Below are positions 50,901-63,789 of a stretch of 64,000 nt of DNA, one piece after another. Each line of letters opens with the position of its first letter. Within the stretch, counting starts at the first letter, position 1. Both the position numbers and the translations under genes were made by a program. This DNA comes from Callorhinchus milii (taxonomy: Eukaryota): assembly GCF_018977255.1 (NCBI RefSeq), contig NW_024704743.1:85562001-85626000 (forward strand), given 5' to 3'. The notes under the pieces are model-generated. The model did no database searches, was not told the DNA's origin, and saw only the letters and a list, made by a program, of their open reading frames with translations.

Positions 50901-53900
50901 CCTCAATGTACAGAAGCATATCTAAACTACACTGTGGCTCAACCAGCAAATTCCTTAGTATAGTTCTCCATATTAACTATCCCATTCTTACTGAATGCTG
51001 GTGGTGATTCAATCCCTGAGCACAGATTATGTTTACCATGTGAAATATGGCATTCCTCACAGTTTTCATCTTCACTGTTTTCTCATAGAGATTTCCTTGG
51101 GAAATAATGCAATTGTGATTTGTGATTTTAGTTGTTCAGTTTATAGCTTAGCTTTCACTCTCCACAGCCATTCCTGCACTAGGTTAAACAAAGACTATCC
51201 AGGTGGACATTAAAGATCCCATGGCACAATTTGAAAAGAGAAGGGAGTTTCTGCCAGTATCCTGGCTAGCAATCCCCCAGGTAAAATTAGCCATTCATCA
51301 AACAATTTGTGGGACGTTCCTGTGTACAAATTGGCAGCCATGTTTGCCTACAAAATACATACAGTTACACTTTAAGATATGTCATTTGAAGTGCTTTTGA
51401 GACATGTTGATAAAGTAATCTGTTTCAAATGCAAGGAATATTATTATAAAAGGCAGTAGATTTAAGTTCACAAGAAGACTAGTGATTTGAGTGAAGGAGA
51501 TTCTCTGTCCATTTCATCCCATCCTTTGAGAATACCAACCCTACTGTCTTCCCACCATCAAGCAGTTTCTTAAATTATTCAATGTCCTGTCCTCAATAAT
51601 TCTCTCTTGTAACCTGTTGAATGTACTCTGATTAAAGAAGTACTTTCTGGTGTGTTTTATTGCCTCTTCACAACCTTGAATTTCTGACTCTTATCCTGCT
51701 GTCTTGATGAGCCTTTTATTTTAACTATTAAGCATACTTAAACTTTTATAGGATCCTTTCAGAGATTTTTTTTCACATCTGAAGATCTCTGAATTATCTA
51801 GTTGCTCCAAATGATTTGTTACTCCAATACTCTTCAGAACTACCTCCAGGGCTTATATGGCCAGACTATACTACGGTACTTCAAGTGCAAACTGACCTCT
51901 GCAACTTTCACAGAGTTAATGCGATTTTATAACTCTAATCTAGGTTTTAATAAATCTGAATATAATATAAATATTTAGATATAAATATCTACACAGAGTA
52001 CTATTTATCCTTTTCCCTCTCCAGCTTTCAATGCATGCAATCCTACACCAGAATTTTTTTAAAAGAAAGGCTCCATAGTGCTCTGTGTGGCAGAAAAACA
52101 ATTTTGCAATTTTGTATTAATGGCCTATAACACTTTTGTATTTTTGTTACACTACAACCCTCCCATTAGAACATTACAGAATTCTGCCGAGTGTAAATTT
52201 TAAAATATCAATGATTATTCAGTTTTGGAGAAGAAAGAATTATTTTAAGATCAAGTATTTTAAAATTGGTTTTGATTTAATTTGTCTTGAGAAAAACAAT
52301 ACCAAATTACATTTGTATAATAATACAGATTATTATTATAATACAATTATTACAAATATTATTAATAATAAAATTATTATTATTTGGAGACGTCCCAAAG
52401 CGATTGACAGTTAGGGATTTGGACCCAAGCGGGGTGGGAGGGTGGCCGAAGGCTCGGTCGAAGAGGAGGGTCTTGAGACATGCTTTGAAGGAGGCAAGGG
52501 AAGTAGCTAGGTGAAGGGAATGTCGGATGGCGTTCCAAAGGGTGGGGGCAGAGAGGCTGAAGGCATGACCGCTAATGGCGGGCCCGGCCAGGTGGGGGAC
52601 ATGGAGCAGGGCACAATCTGCTGAGGGGAGGGATTGGACAGATTGATAAGGGGTCAGCAAGTCACAGTGGTCGGAAGGGGCAAGGCCGTGGTGAGGATGA
52701 GGATTTTGAACTATTATAGAAGTGGCTCAAGGTTTTTAAATTTAGTTGGCAAGTGACATCTGCTAACAAGCGTTGAGCAGTCTGCAGTCTAGTACCCTTT
52801 TATAAGCATTCTAAAACGTTAGACTTTGGACTTTCAATGTAACAGCCAAAAAGACTATTGTGATCCACTCTTGATTAAGTTTATTCATAAAACCGGAGAT
52901 AGGCATAGAGTTGAGTTCAAGTGGATCTATTCTTAAAGCAGGCAGGACTCTTTTGACACTAGTAAGTGTTTGATTTGCCAAGTTTATTGGTACATTTCAG
53001 CATATATTCTGCCCCTACATTTCCAGACACACGAACAGAGCTTACAGGCCTTATTAGGTATGAATCTTAGAAGTGTAGTTAGGTAAGATGTGAATCAACC
53101 ATCATTGGGCAAAAAACAGTCCCCCTCCTTTTAGACTATGGGTGGAGCATGGAAATAGATTGCATTTAATGCTAGAAGAGGAGCTGAAAGAGTGCAGATA
53201 AAGATGATTGAACTTCATAAAAGAGAAAAGGACAATGCTATGTGACCAACGAGGAGAGTGTCAATTTTGAATTCGGTGCAGTAAAATTACTACTTTGCCC
53301 CCACATCATCTGTCCCTCATGACCCACCCCCCACCCATTCCCCCCCTATACTCCTTCGACCCTATCTCTCCCTCCTCCCTCATCACGACTGTCTGCAAAC
53401 TCAAACCCACTACCTGCTCCCTCGATCCCATCCCCACCTCTCTCCTCGTCTCCCAGCTCCACCTTCTGGCCCCCCTCCTGTCCGATGTCATCAACCTCTC
53501 CCTGTCCACCGGTTCAGTTCCCATCTCCCTAAAAACAGCCGTCATCACCCCCATCCTGAAAAAACCTTTCCTGGATCCATCCCTCCTCTCCAGCTACCTC
53601 CCCATCTCAAACCTCCCATTCCTCTCCAAGGTCCTGGAACGAGTCGTCGTGCCCCAGCTCCACTCCTTTCTCTCCCGCCATTCCTTCTTTGAAACTCTCC
53701 AATCCGGCTTCCGTGCTGCCCACAGCACAGAAACAGCCCTGGTCAAAGTCACTAATGACATTCTGAACATCTGTGACCAGGGCTCCCTCTGCCTCCTTGT
53801 CCTCCTCGACCTCTCTGCCGCTTTTGACACTGTTGACTACTCCATCCTCATACACCACCTCTCCGCTTTACTCAATCTTCACGGATCTGGCCTTGCCTGG

Positions 53901-56900
53901 TTCGATTCCTATCTCTCTCACCATCTCCACTTTGTTGCCTCTAACGGTTTCTCCTCCAGCCCCCGCACTGTCACATCTGGTGTCCCCCAGGGCTCTGTCA
54001 TTGGTCCTCTCCTCTTTAATATCTACATGCTCCCCCTTTGGTGACATCATCCACAGACATGGGGTCAACTTCCACGTGTATGCGGATGACACCCAACTCT
54101 ATCTTTCTGCCTCCACCCTCAACTCCAGGACCACTGCTGTCCTGACAGACTGACTGTCGGACATCAAGTCCTGGATGAGGGCAAATTTTCTGCTGCTGAA
54201 TGTGAACAAGACTGAGGCCCTCCTGATTGGCTCGCGCCAGCGCCTCTGCACCTCAGGCTCTGGCAGCATCAACCTCCATGGTTGCACACTACAACGCACC
54301 GCCAGTCAGGAACCTAGGTGACTTGTTCGAACTTCAACTGTCGTTTCTTCTCCCCATCCAAGACATGACCCGCTCTGCCTTCCCTCACCGCCCCACTCCG
54401 CCACTACCTCATCCCTCAGGCCGCAGAAACTCTTGTTCATGCCTTCATCATCTCCAGGCTCGACTATGCAAACGCCCTGCTAGTCAGCCTTCCCAACTCC
54501 TCCCTCCACGGGCTGCAGATAATCCAGAACTCTGCAGCCCGTGTCCTCTCCTGCACCAAACTCCGTGACCCTATCTCTCCCACTCTCGCCCGACTCCATT
54601 GGCTCCCTATTCTTCAGAGGATCCAGTTCAAGATAAAGCAAAGCATGATGTGTTAAATAATATTAATAATCCTTGCATTTGATATAGAGCCTTATTACGT
54701 CTTCGAGACGTCTCAAAGCGCTTCACAGAATATACTGTAAAGTGAATTGACTATATTTTGTGGGCCTAATGTGGCAGCCAATTATTGAGTGACCAATTTA
54801 TTATTTTTTTGAAGGAATTATTAGCCCTGGAAAAATGATCTGCCAATCACTAACAATCGGGTTCCTATTTACTGCTAGGTAAACAGGTGTGTGGGGTAAG
54901 GAAACTTGCCCAATGTTTCACCCTGCTGGGAATCGAAACCAAGACTCGATTGCGAGACGAGTGCTCTAACCATTGAGCTACAGGACTGTTAGCAGTACTG
55001 AAATTAAATGGTAACCTGCATATATTTATTAACAACATTCGATTGCATAAACTTTAAATGCTTGCTGTAATAATCCTTCCAAAAAAAACAAAAACAATAA
55101 TAAATTGGTCATTTTCAATCTACGACTGTTTGTGGGACATTTGTGCGCAATTGGCTGCTGCGTTCGCCCACAAATATACAGTCAATTCACTTTACAGTGT
55201 GTTCTGTGAAGCGCTTTGGGACGTGCTCCCGAAGTGAAAAACGCTGTATCAAATGCAAGGATTATTATTATTATCCCAACTTTGCTAGGGTAGTATATAA
55301 TAATTTTTGCATTTGATATAGTACCTTCTCATGTAGTTGAGACCTCTCATAGCGCTTCACAAGATTTTACTGTGAAATGCAGTCACTGTATTTATAGACA
55401 AGCGGAGTAAATAAAACCATACAGTTAATTTTAAGTAATAATAATTATCCTTGCCTTTGGTATAGTCCCTTTCACATCAGGAGGACTTCCCAAACGTTTC
55501 ACAGGATTTATGGTGAAGGGCGGTGACTGTGTATTTGAGAGTGAACGCGGCAGTAGTGTCCGACAAACATCCATGGAACGAATGATCAGCTTTATCTGGG
55601 AGATTATCGGCCAGGACACCGGGAGAGACTTCTTTCTCTTTTCAAATAGTGCCATGGGGTCTTTAAAGTCTACCTGAACAGAACCTTGGTTTAACGTCTC
55701 ATCTGAAGAATGACACAACCAACAATACAACACCCCCCAGCACTGTGCTGGAGTGTCATTTTAGGCTTTGTAAATTCAAGTCTCGATGCTGAGCTTGAAC
55801 CCAGAAGCTTCTAATCCAGAGGCGAGAGTGCTACCATTGAGCCAGTCTGACATAGTACATGCAAGTCGAGAAATTTTTTGACATTTAAAAGCAATTTCTG
55901 TTGTTAAAGCATTTCTATGATTTATATTCTCCTCCTTACTGGTTATTTGCTGGAGCAATTCATGATTTTCATCTAACTCCTGCATTGACATTCCCTTTGT
56001 AGTACTGTAACATATGTGGATCTGTAGTATCTGTAAAGTACTGAAGCATAAAATTAACAACTGTTGCTATAATGGAGAGTTGCCTTTAGCTGGACTGAAT
56101 ACGTTCACTCATTTGTCAAGGCAATAAATTGAGATGAAATGTTCACTAGTGCTTATCCTAAAAAAACTAATTTTAAAGTGAACTGTGAAAGATTTATGCA
56201 GTTGTTTGCTTATTTGGAGGGAAGGAGTGAAGAGAGAAAAGGAGGCTTGGTTTAAGAAAATAAATTAGAGAACTGACTAACTTTTGGTACCTTCTGGAGG
56301 ATATTGACTGCTTGAATTAATACTTGGTTAAGTATAGCATGGAAACAAATTGGCACATAACAAATGTAGTGGAGAAGGGAGGGGACTAAGAAAGTTTGAG
56401 TACTGACACACAAAGTGATGGTGACTTTCAAAGAACTGTCAATGAAAAATTGATGAAATTTAAGTAGAATCACGGGAGACAGACTAGGGTTAAACGAGAT
56501 TCTGTTGTGGTTTATGGAATTATTATCCTCGATGGTTTAATAACTATTGTTCTTGGGGGGTAAGTCATTGTGTTGGACAATTGTAGTTTTCCCTCTTTAT
56601 TTTTTCCCCTCTTCAATGTTCCTTTCGAACCAAAGAATAGCTGGGCAGCTTTCTGAAAGTTTTTCATTGTTTCTTTCAAACCAGCTACAGAGGCTATCCT
56701 GTTATTAGCTGTGTCACTAAATAATAATAATCCTTGAATTTAATATAGTGCCACGTCTCCAAGAGGTCTCAACGCACTTCACAGAATATCTGTAAACTGA
56801 ATTGATTATATTTTGTAGGCGAAATGCAGCAGACAGTTGTGCACAGTAGTGTCCCACAGTCGTGAATTGAGTGACCAAATTATTATTTTTTTGAAGGAAT

Positions 56901-59900
56901 TATTCCAAAAAATAAAGCACAAGTTATTTTAAAATATAGGAGCGTTTATTATCAGAAGTGTAATAAATGTCTGGCTCTGGTCTGGACTAAATTACTGTAT
57001 ATCTGTGTGCAAGAGGCCAGCTAGAGAGCTGTGACTGCTCTTGCGATAATGTTTCATGCTCTAGAAACACAGCTCAAACAAGCGACGACCTGACAACCAG
57101 AAATTGAGTGGTGGCTATTATTTTTAATTTCTGGATCTGAAATACTGAGTTCTAATGAGTTTGCTGTGTTCTATCTTTAGGCAACGTGTGTTTCTTATCT
57201 TATGTATTGTGTATAAATACATCTCTGGTACTCTCAGTTTATTGATACAAGACAAAACCATTTTGAAAGTCATACATCTTCTGAGAAACAAGTTCCGAAA
57301 ATTACATTTGTCAACTGTCCAATTTCAAGCTGGATATCAATTTCTCCATGATGCCAAAGAGTCATAAATGTTAAGCATTGCATTACGTGTGATGGCTACA
57401 TTTATCCCCAATAAGCATTAGAAACAAAGCAGGACCTTAGGGGACCATTTTTATAACATTGTATATGTAGTTTGTAACCAAATATCTTGATTGACAAATT
57501 CTTCCATTAATCTTTTTTTAACTCGAAGGATACTCCAATAAGCAAACCCAGAGAGGTATTCAGACTGTCAACAGAGATCAAGTCTTGCGATATCCTTGTC
57601 TGTGCTTCTATTCATTTTACATCTCCTACATGGGCAGCCTTGTCAGATGGAACAGGAAAGCTGTATCTCCTCAGAACAGGCAAACGTGGAGCAAATGATC
57701 TTGAAAAATGGGAGGTAAGTTACAGTATATTGTTACGTCAAATAAAAAATTACCTCTTGGCTTGTAAATTAGCATTCCATGTTGGGGGTTAGACAAAGAG
57801 AACTGGAGCTTAGCTTTTTTCTTGAAAGAGAGAAGCGAAAAGGCATTGATTTAGCAATGGAATAATTGTACAAACTTTTAAAATAATGCATTATATTGAT
57901 ACTTCCCCTTCCCCATAGATCCTTGTGACATGGTAGGTGACGTCTGCATTATTGGCCTAAGTGTTCATCAAACCTTTGTATAACTTTATAGAGTTCTTGC
58001 TTTAATCTGAGAAACGTGCTGTGAAAAGACTTGTGTTAACACTTGTTCCTAAGGTTTCATCTTCTCTAAACTGTTTGTTATTTCATTAGTCTCCATCAGG
58101 CAATTATCAGGACCTGAACTCCCCCATTGTTTTTAAATTTGTAGAATCATAGAGATTACAGCATAGAAGGAAGCAATTTGGTCCATTGAGTTTAAACTCA
58201 TCCATAGGAGCTATCTACTTGAATCCGAATTCCTTGTCTTTCCCTGTACCATCGTATATTCTTTCTCTTCAAATGTTTATCCAAGTCCCTGTTAAATGTT
58301 ATGGTACCCTCAGCCTCGTGTGGCAAAGCACTCTGATAACCCACCCTGTGAAAAGTTGCTGTTAACTTCTCCTCGTAAAATCTTTCAGTAACTATTCTAA
58401 CTCTTCCAGTGTAAAGAACAAATACATTTAGAGCTAAAGTATAATTCTTAGGTACAATTTGGGTTTGGATGTACACTAAAATGTGCATTAGTCACACAAT
58501 TTTGCAAGTAAATCAGAAAATGTAACTTGTGATCTGACTCTCAATGGAAAGAATCGATTGTACAGAACAGATAGCTGTTAATAAGCAACTCCAGTTTAGG
58601 ATGTTTCATTCAATGATCCAACTTGTACTTTTTGAAAGTATTTGGATCCAGTATTTTACCCTGTTTTTTTTTCCTCCTCGTCCTTGTAGATTATATTTCA
58701 ACACGAACTTGGAGAGCCCTTTTCGATCATCCACAGTCTATCATATGAAAAAGAAAATGTGCACTCAATAGACATTGTTTTGCTCAAAGTTGAGAAAGAT
58801 GAATATAATGTCATGGGAAGTGGATTTCACTCAGTAATAGAGTGGCTGACTGTCACCAATATGAACAGTGGTAAGTTCTAGCCTATCTACTGCCAGATCC
58901 CTTTCTGAGATTATATGCCCAATACAAAAATGTTTATGTAAAATTCAGAATGTAACATAAAAATGTTGGAAGCTCACAGCTGTTTGCAAATTTTGTAAAT
59001 AACTCCTTGGTGGTGGGGGTTGTGGGAGGAAGTCGGTTTTAATGTGTCTGGGAAAATATCTAAAGGTGTAAAACAGTACAAAATGGTGCACAGATACTGT
59101 AAGCATTAGTCAATAGTTTCTGTGTTCACTGTTGTGTTTTTAAAATTTAGAAATTGCAATTCCTGATTCTTATAGTATAATAAGTTCACATTATCATTAC
59201 AACACAATATCAAAAGAATAATGAACACTTGGAATTCAATTTAAAGCAACAATAGTCTTGGAGTTCACGCTTAATTTAGAAATGCCACCTGAACCCCAGG
59301 ATTAGTTGAATACATCAGAATCTTTAAAATGACTCAAGACTAGACTCCTTTCATCTGAAGAATCTTGCACAATATCCAAAGGAATGATTACTAATCCCTA
59401 TAATGCCACAATTGGATGCCAAAAATATTCCTGTACTGAGTTGACCAAAGTCCAAAGTCGGGACTTCTCACAGACGTATATTCCATAGTATTCCATATAT
59501 TCCATATTCCATAGTTCCTTTCAGAGCACTGATTTGAATACTTGTCTTTTGAAAGGTGTTTTGCTTACTAAATTTCCTTCTGCTGGTAGTGGATATTTTA
59601 TTACTTCCAGAAGATCCTGCTGTCTGAATCCTTATATTGCTAATTTGAAAATTTGTTTTGAATAATTGATACTATATTGTGATATTTTGCCAATCATTTG
59701 TTATTCTTGCTGTCTCAATAATCATTCAGTTTCATTTTGCTGATGCACCACATCATGTTTCTGTGCTATAGAGCCAGGAAGATCCCAGGGTTGATCTTTA
59801 GAGGCTAATCCATGAGGTGTACTCTCACGCACCAGGCTCGCTCTCACCCTCGCCCGACTCCAATGGCTCCCTATCACCCAGAGGATCGAATTCAAGATCC

Positions 59901-60454
59901 TCGTCCTCATTTTCAAGGCCATCCATGTCTCCCGCTCGACCCGCCCTACCATCGATGGCCGGGCGTTCAGCCTCTCTGCCCCCACACTCTGGAACTCCAT
60001 CCCATGGTCCCTTCGCCTCGCTTCCTCTCTTGCCTCCTTCAAGGTCCGTCTCGAGACCCTTCTCTTCGACCGTGCCTTTGGTCCCCCTCCCACCTCTCTG
60101 CCTTCCCTCACTCCTACACCACCACTCCCCCGTGCTCGGGCCCTGACACCTGACTGTTCAGCGCTTTGGGACATCCTCCTGACGTGAAAGGCGCTCTATA
60201 AATGTCATTTTGTTGTTGTTGTTGTAAAACTAGTTACATGAAACTTTATTTCTATGTGCTTGTAGAAACCAGCAAGTATGAAATATCAAGACATAAAACT
60301 CTGCATGGAAAATCAGCTCCAAACTATGTAGCTGTAGAGCATGGTGGCACAGGCCTTATGATAGCTTCTGACAAACCTTTTAAATTTGTGGAAAATGATG
60401 GGAAACCTATCAAGGAGCAGAAAGAGGAAGTAATGGATACCACTGAGAAAAAAG
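41806..60454 (+). CDS. NUDCD1: NudC domain-containing protein 1 (CML66), exons 1-5; join(41806..41935, 50347..50501, 57529..57714, 58690..58870, 60266..60454), continues beyond the window
   Basis: In-frame spliced ORF with the NUDCD1 N-terminus: [52 protein letters not shown]; head-to-head with ENY2. Confidence 0.96.
42190..42562 (+). mobile_element. Deu-domain SINE in NUDCD1 intron 1
   Basis: GATGCCGTCCTTCGGAT..GAGGTCCCGTC..CAGGTGGACGTTAAAAGATCCCATGG..GGTGTCCTGGCCAA. Confidence 0.8.
42977..43580 (-). mobile_element. L2 LINE 3' fragment
   Basis: [33 protein letters not shown]; tail. Confidence 0.85.
44724..44896. mobile_element. short Tigger/pogo-like MITE
   Basis: TA|CAGTAAGCTCCTGATAAC ... 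GTTTTCAGGAGTTCACAG|TA: imperfect TIRs, TA flanks. Confidence 0.55.
45700..46340 (+). mobile_element. CR1-clade LINE 3' fragment
   Basis: [38 protein letters not shown]...[16 protein letters not shown] is a typical CR1 ORF2 C-terminus; contains stops. Confidence 0.88.
46545..46823 (-). mobile_element. tRNA-derived SINE inside a degraded L2 fragment (~46470-47290)
   Basis: Same family as the 11512 copy. Confidence 0.88.
48115..48732 (+). mobile_element. L2 LINE 3' fragment
   Basis: [20 protein letters not shown]; tail TATATAAATGCAAGTTGTTG. Confidence 0.82.
49355..49770 (-). mobile_element. Deu-domain SINE
   Basis: Head, Deu core and tail in reverse orientation. Confidence 0.78.
49925..50145 (+). 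mobile_element. tRNA-Ala-derived SINE, 3'-truncated
   Basis: GGAGTCCTGTAGCTCAGTGGTCAGAGCACTCGCTTTGCAAGCGAG. Confidence 0.9.
50347..50501 (+). CDS. NUDCD1: NUDCD1 exon 2
   Basis: [52 protein letters not shown]. Confidence 0.96.
51465..51910 (-). mobile_element. highly degraded CR1 LINE 3' fragment
   Basis: Weak reverse-strand resemblance to the CR1 copy at 45700. Confidence 0.5.
52385..52712 (-). mobile_element. L2 LINE 3' fragment
   Basis: [13 protein letters not shown]...[14 protein letters not shown]. Confidence 0.82.
53296..54632 (+). mobile_element. L2 LINE ORF2 reverse-transcriptase fragment (pseudogenised)
   Basis: 249-aa ORF with [51 protein letters not shown]; frameshift, then YADD, then a stop. 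Confidence 0.93.
54660..54987 (-). mobile_element. tRNA-derived SINE, long subtype
   Basis: Both head and tail present. Confidence 0.87.
55068..55273 (+). mobile_element. tRNA-derived SINE, 3' half
   Basis: Near-identical to the body and tail of the 11512 copy. Confidence 0.87.
55438..55852 (-). mobile_element. Deu-domain SINE
   Basis: Head, Deu core and tail in reverse orientation. Confidence 0.78.
57529..57714 (+). CDS. NUDCD1: NUDCD1 exon 3
   Basis: [13 protein letters not shown]...[38 protein letters not shown]. Confidence 0.96.
58690..58870 (+). CDS. NUDCD1: NUDCD1 exon 4
   Basis: [18 protein letters not shown]...[18 protein letters not shown]. Confidence 0.95.
59815..60224 (+). mobile_element. 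L2 LINE 3' fragment
   Basis: Matches the 3' end of the 31141 copy; (TTG)n tail 40 nt upstream of NUDCD1 exon 5. Confidence 0.85.
60266..60454 (+). CDS. NUDCD1: NUDCD1 exon 5
   Basis: [46 protein letters not shown]...TEKK. Confidence 0.95.
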
Positions 60455-62058
60455 GTAACCAGGCTTTTACTGTTACTATTTGAGGTCATATCTAAATAAT
60501 ATAGATATAAAGAAATGCAATTAAATGTATCAAATGCTGTACCAATTGCTAACACAAGTCAACCTGGAGGTTAATTTCTGGAGGTTTCGCAGAAAAGCTG
60601 AATTGCCAGTGAAGCACTGAAATAGAAATCGCGATAATCCTCAGTGAGCACTCCAGTCAAGAACGTTTTCAGTGACTTGGTCGATGAAATGCTATTGCAC
60701 GAACAAAAGCTCAAAGTTGTTCGAAATATTCTGTTGCATGAAATGAGCTTTCTTGTGAAGATACTATGACAATGCTGATTTATGTCTCATCCCTTGTCAT
60801 TTATGAGGATGAATCCTAAAATGTATAAATAGCGTTCGACAGGAGGAATCAAAGTTAATGAAACAATGGTGTTGCAGTTGCCCCGGGGAACAGAGCATCA
60901 GATTGCATTTGGTACTTCAGAGGCTGCATTTGAAATGTATTAACTTTTATTCTCATCTTCATAAATAATCTTTAAATTAATCTAGCGAAAACCTTGACAT
61001 GAATTTCACACATAATATAATGCCGAGAAAAGCTTTGATCTGTAATATTGTTATTGTCGCTTACGAGTGCTCCAGCAGAGCACTTTTTTGCTGCAATTAA
61101 CTTTTGTGACAAATGGAATCTGTGGAGGAGAATTTTATAAATTGAAAACGGCGTGATCTTTGTACTTAAAAGTATTTGTGTTTTATACAGGCGTAGGTCA
61201 AGATCAAGCAGCATTGTTTGTTTGTTTATATACTTTCAAACTGCCATTTACTTGATTTCTGACTCTGTGATTGACAGGAGCTCAAGTGTGTTTATCAAAA
61301 ACATACATTTTGAAGTTCAGTTATGTTGTAAAATGGGATACAGTCTACTTTTCACATAGACATCTCAAAATATACAGTCAAATCACTTTACAATACATAC
61401 TGGTAAGCTCTTTGAGATGCCTCGGAAGACGTGATAAGGCACTATATCAAATACAAGGATTATTATTATCTCGAAGATGTGATAAGGTGCTATATCAAAT
61501 GCAAGTATTATTATTATTAAAAGTATTGAGACTTAAATGACCGTTTATGAAATATATAGAAAGACGACAAATGCCACTTATGCAAAAACATAAATTCAGC
61601 CAGATCATCTTTAATGCCAGTAGACTTCAGAATGGAATGTGTATTGTTGCCCTGGAGAGGCACACCCTGCTTTACCTAATCCCAAAGAGTATTAGGTGCA
61701 GGTTGGCAAGTGTACGGCTTGGTACTTTCAGTGTGCATTAACGGACTGCTATAATTTAACCAGCTAAATCAGATAGCTTGCCTTTGAAAGCACCGTCTCG
61801 CAAGCTTTCTGCTGCTTTTCCAGCTGGGGGCTACAAGTCTGTTCGGGCTTTAGCTTCCAGGATTAGTAGATTCAAATATTCCCACTAATGTGTACCACAA
61901 TGCTGTTAAAATACCAAGTTAGCTTTCAAGACTCCAGATTTCTACTTCAGTCTCAACTGACATGAGTTCTCCAATGTTATCCAGCAATAAACATTCATCT
62001 TTGACTTCCATCAACCCTCAACTATCCTTTGAGAGAGATGAACAGTTTGTTTATCTTT

Positions 62059-62116
62059 GTCTCTATTAGTATTTCATTAATATTCTATGCCAACAAAATG
62101 AAATACTAATAGAGAC
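62059..62116. repeat. perfect 20-bp inverted repeat with an 18-nt loop
   Basis: GTCTCTATTAGTATTTCATT ... AATGAAATACTAATAGAGAC. Confidence 0.9.
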
Positions 62117-63789
62117 GAGCTGTTCCATTAGAATAGCTTATCTCTATAAGTATTTTGTTTTGTTGGTATGGAAATCTGCAGAGTTTGAACCTTCCTGGTG
62201 GGAAGCTGACCTTGTTCTCAGACTCAGATTTTCATGGTTTCTGCAGGTACTTGACATAGTCTCCAATAAGGCCTGCTCAGACAACTGACATTGATTGTCT
62301 CTAAAACTGATCACTCAGGATCCTGTGAAACGAGAATTTGTCAATTCTTTGACAAATTTGTAAAGCTAAACTGACCTTTGTGAATTCCAAATGCCAAATT
62401 CCTATGGCATGGAACTCAAAAAGTGTATCTTGCTCAGGATAAATTTAGTATCTTCCTCACGTCTTGCATGGACGACTTCTATTGTAACCTCTGCCCTCAC
62501 TGATTGAGTAATTTATTTTAAAATCAAAAACAACAACAAATTACATTTGTATAGCACCTTTCCCGTCGGGAGGACGTCCAAAGGTGCTGAAGACAGAGTC
62601 CTCAAGGAATAAAAATATGGGGATTCTTTAAATGCCAGTGCCTTCTCATAATGCACGTTGAGAGGATGTTTGTTTCATGGTGGCTAAGATTCAGATTGTG
62701 GTTCAGATTCAATTTGTGTTTCAGACAGACAACAACAACAACAGCAAATTACATTTGAAAGCGCCTTTCATACTGGGAGGATGCCCCAAGGCGCAGGTCC
62801 CGAACTGGGCTTGGGTTCATGAAGGGAGAGTAATTAATTAATTAAACATTCTCTAATTACAAATATTTGACTTGATCGATCAAAGACTGCCTCTTTGTAG
62901 GCGCAGGGACTTCTGATACTGATTTCTTTACTCATTCTGATTGCATATCGCTATCCTATAAAATACGTTTGTGTGAAAGATGTCCTTCAATGATAAGGCT
63001 TTTTTGCTGATCTGTTAAGAGGATATGCTGGAATGTTAAAATAAACCTCAGCAGATTCTTAATATTCCTTGCATTTGATATAGTGCCTATAATGTTGAAA
63101 TGTCTCAAAGCTCTTTGTAAGTAATTGCTGGCAAGTGTATATTTTGCAGGCAAATGAGAAAGGCAATTTGCACACAGAAGCTCCCATAAATGGACATGAT
63201 GTGAATAGTCAATTTATCTGGGGAATTGTTGTTCAGGAGAGAAGCTACAGCCGGATTGTGCCTGAATTTGGCTTTTCACCCACTCCACGTATACGTATTG
63301 ATAGCGCCTTTGGACCTAAGATTCCAATCTCTCAATGTTCTGTTTTATTTTTGCTCTGTGTAACTTTTTTGGCTTCATCAAATTTCATTTCACTTGTTTG
63401 TGGGATATTGCTAGTAGGTTTTAAGGCAGGATTTAAAGTCATATAGAAAGGGTGAAATAGTATGCAATATTATTTATTTAGAGATCATCCTCATATCTTA
63501 TGATGGTGCTTTTAAATAGTTTCCATCTGCCTTGTGATTTGGGCAGATGCAAAGGGACTGCCCTGCTGTTATTTCAAAGAAATGTTTTTCTCATGGTTAT
63601 CCTGGATCATATTCTCCTCCAAATATAAATTACCTCCATATTCAAACCAATTGGCTGCTCATAATTAAACAATAATCATTGGATTTGATGTAATGCTTTT
63701 CATGTTGGAAGGACATCTCAAAGTGCTTAATAAGATTTACTGTAAAGCGCAGTGACTATTTTGTAGGCTAATGTGGCAGCCAATTCGCA

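Noticed and set aside
53295..54568. Active LINE reverse transcriptase
   Set aside because: No endonuclease or 5' region, a frameshift before YADD, an in-frame stop, and no 3' tail
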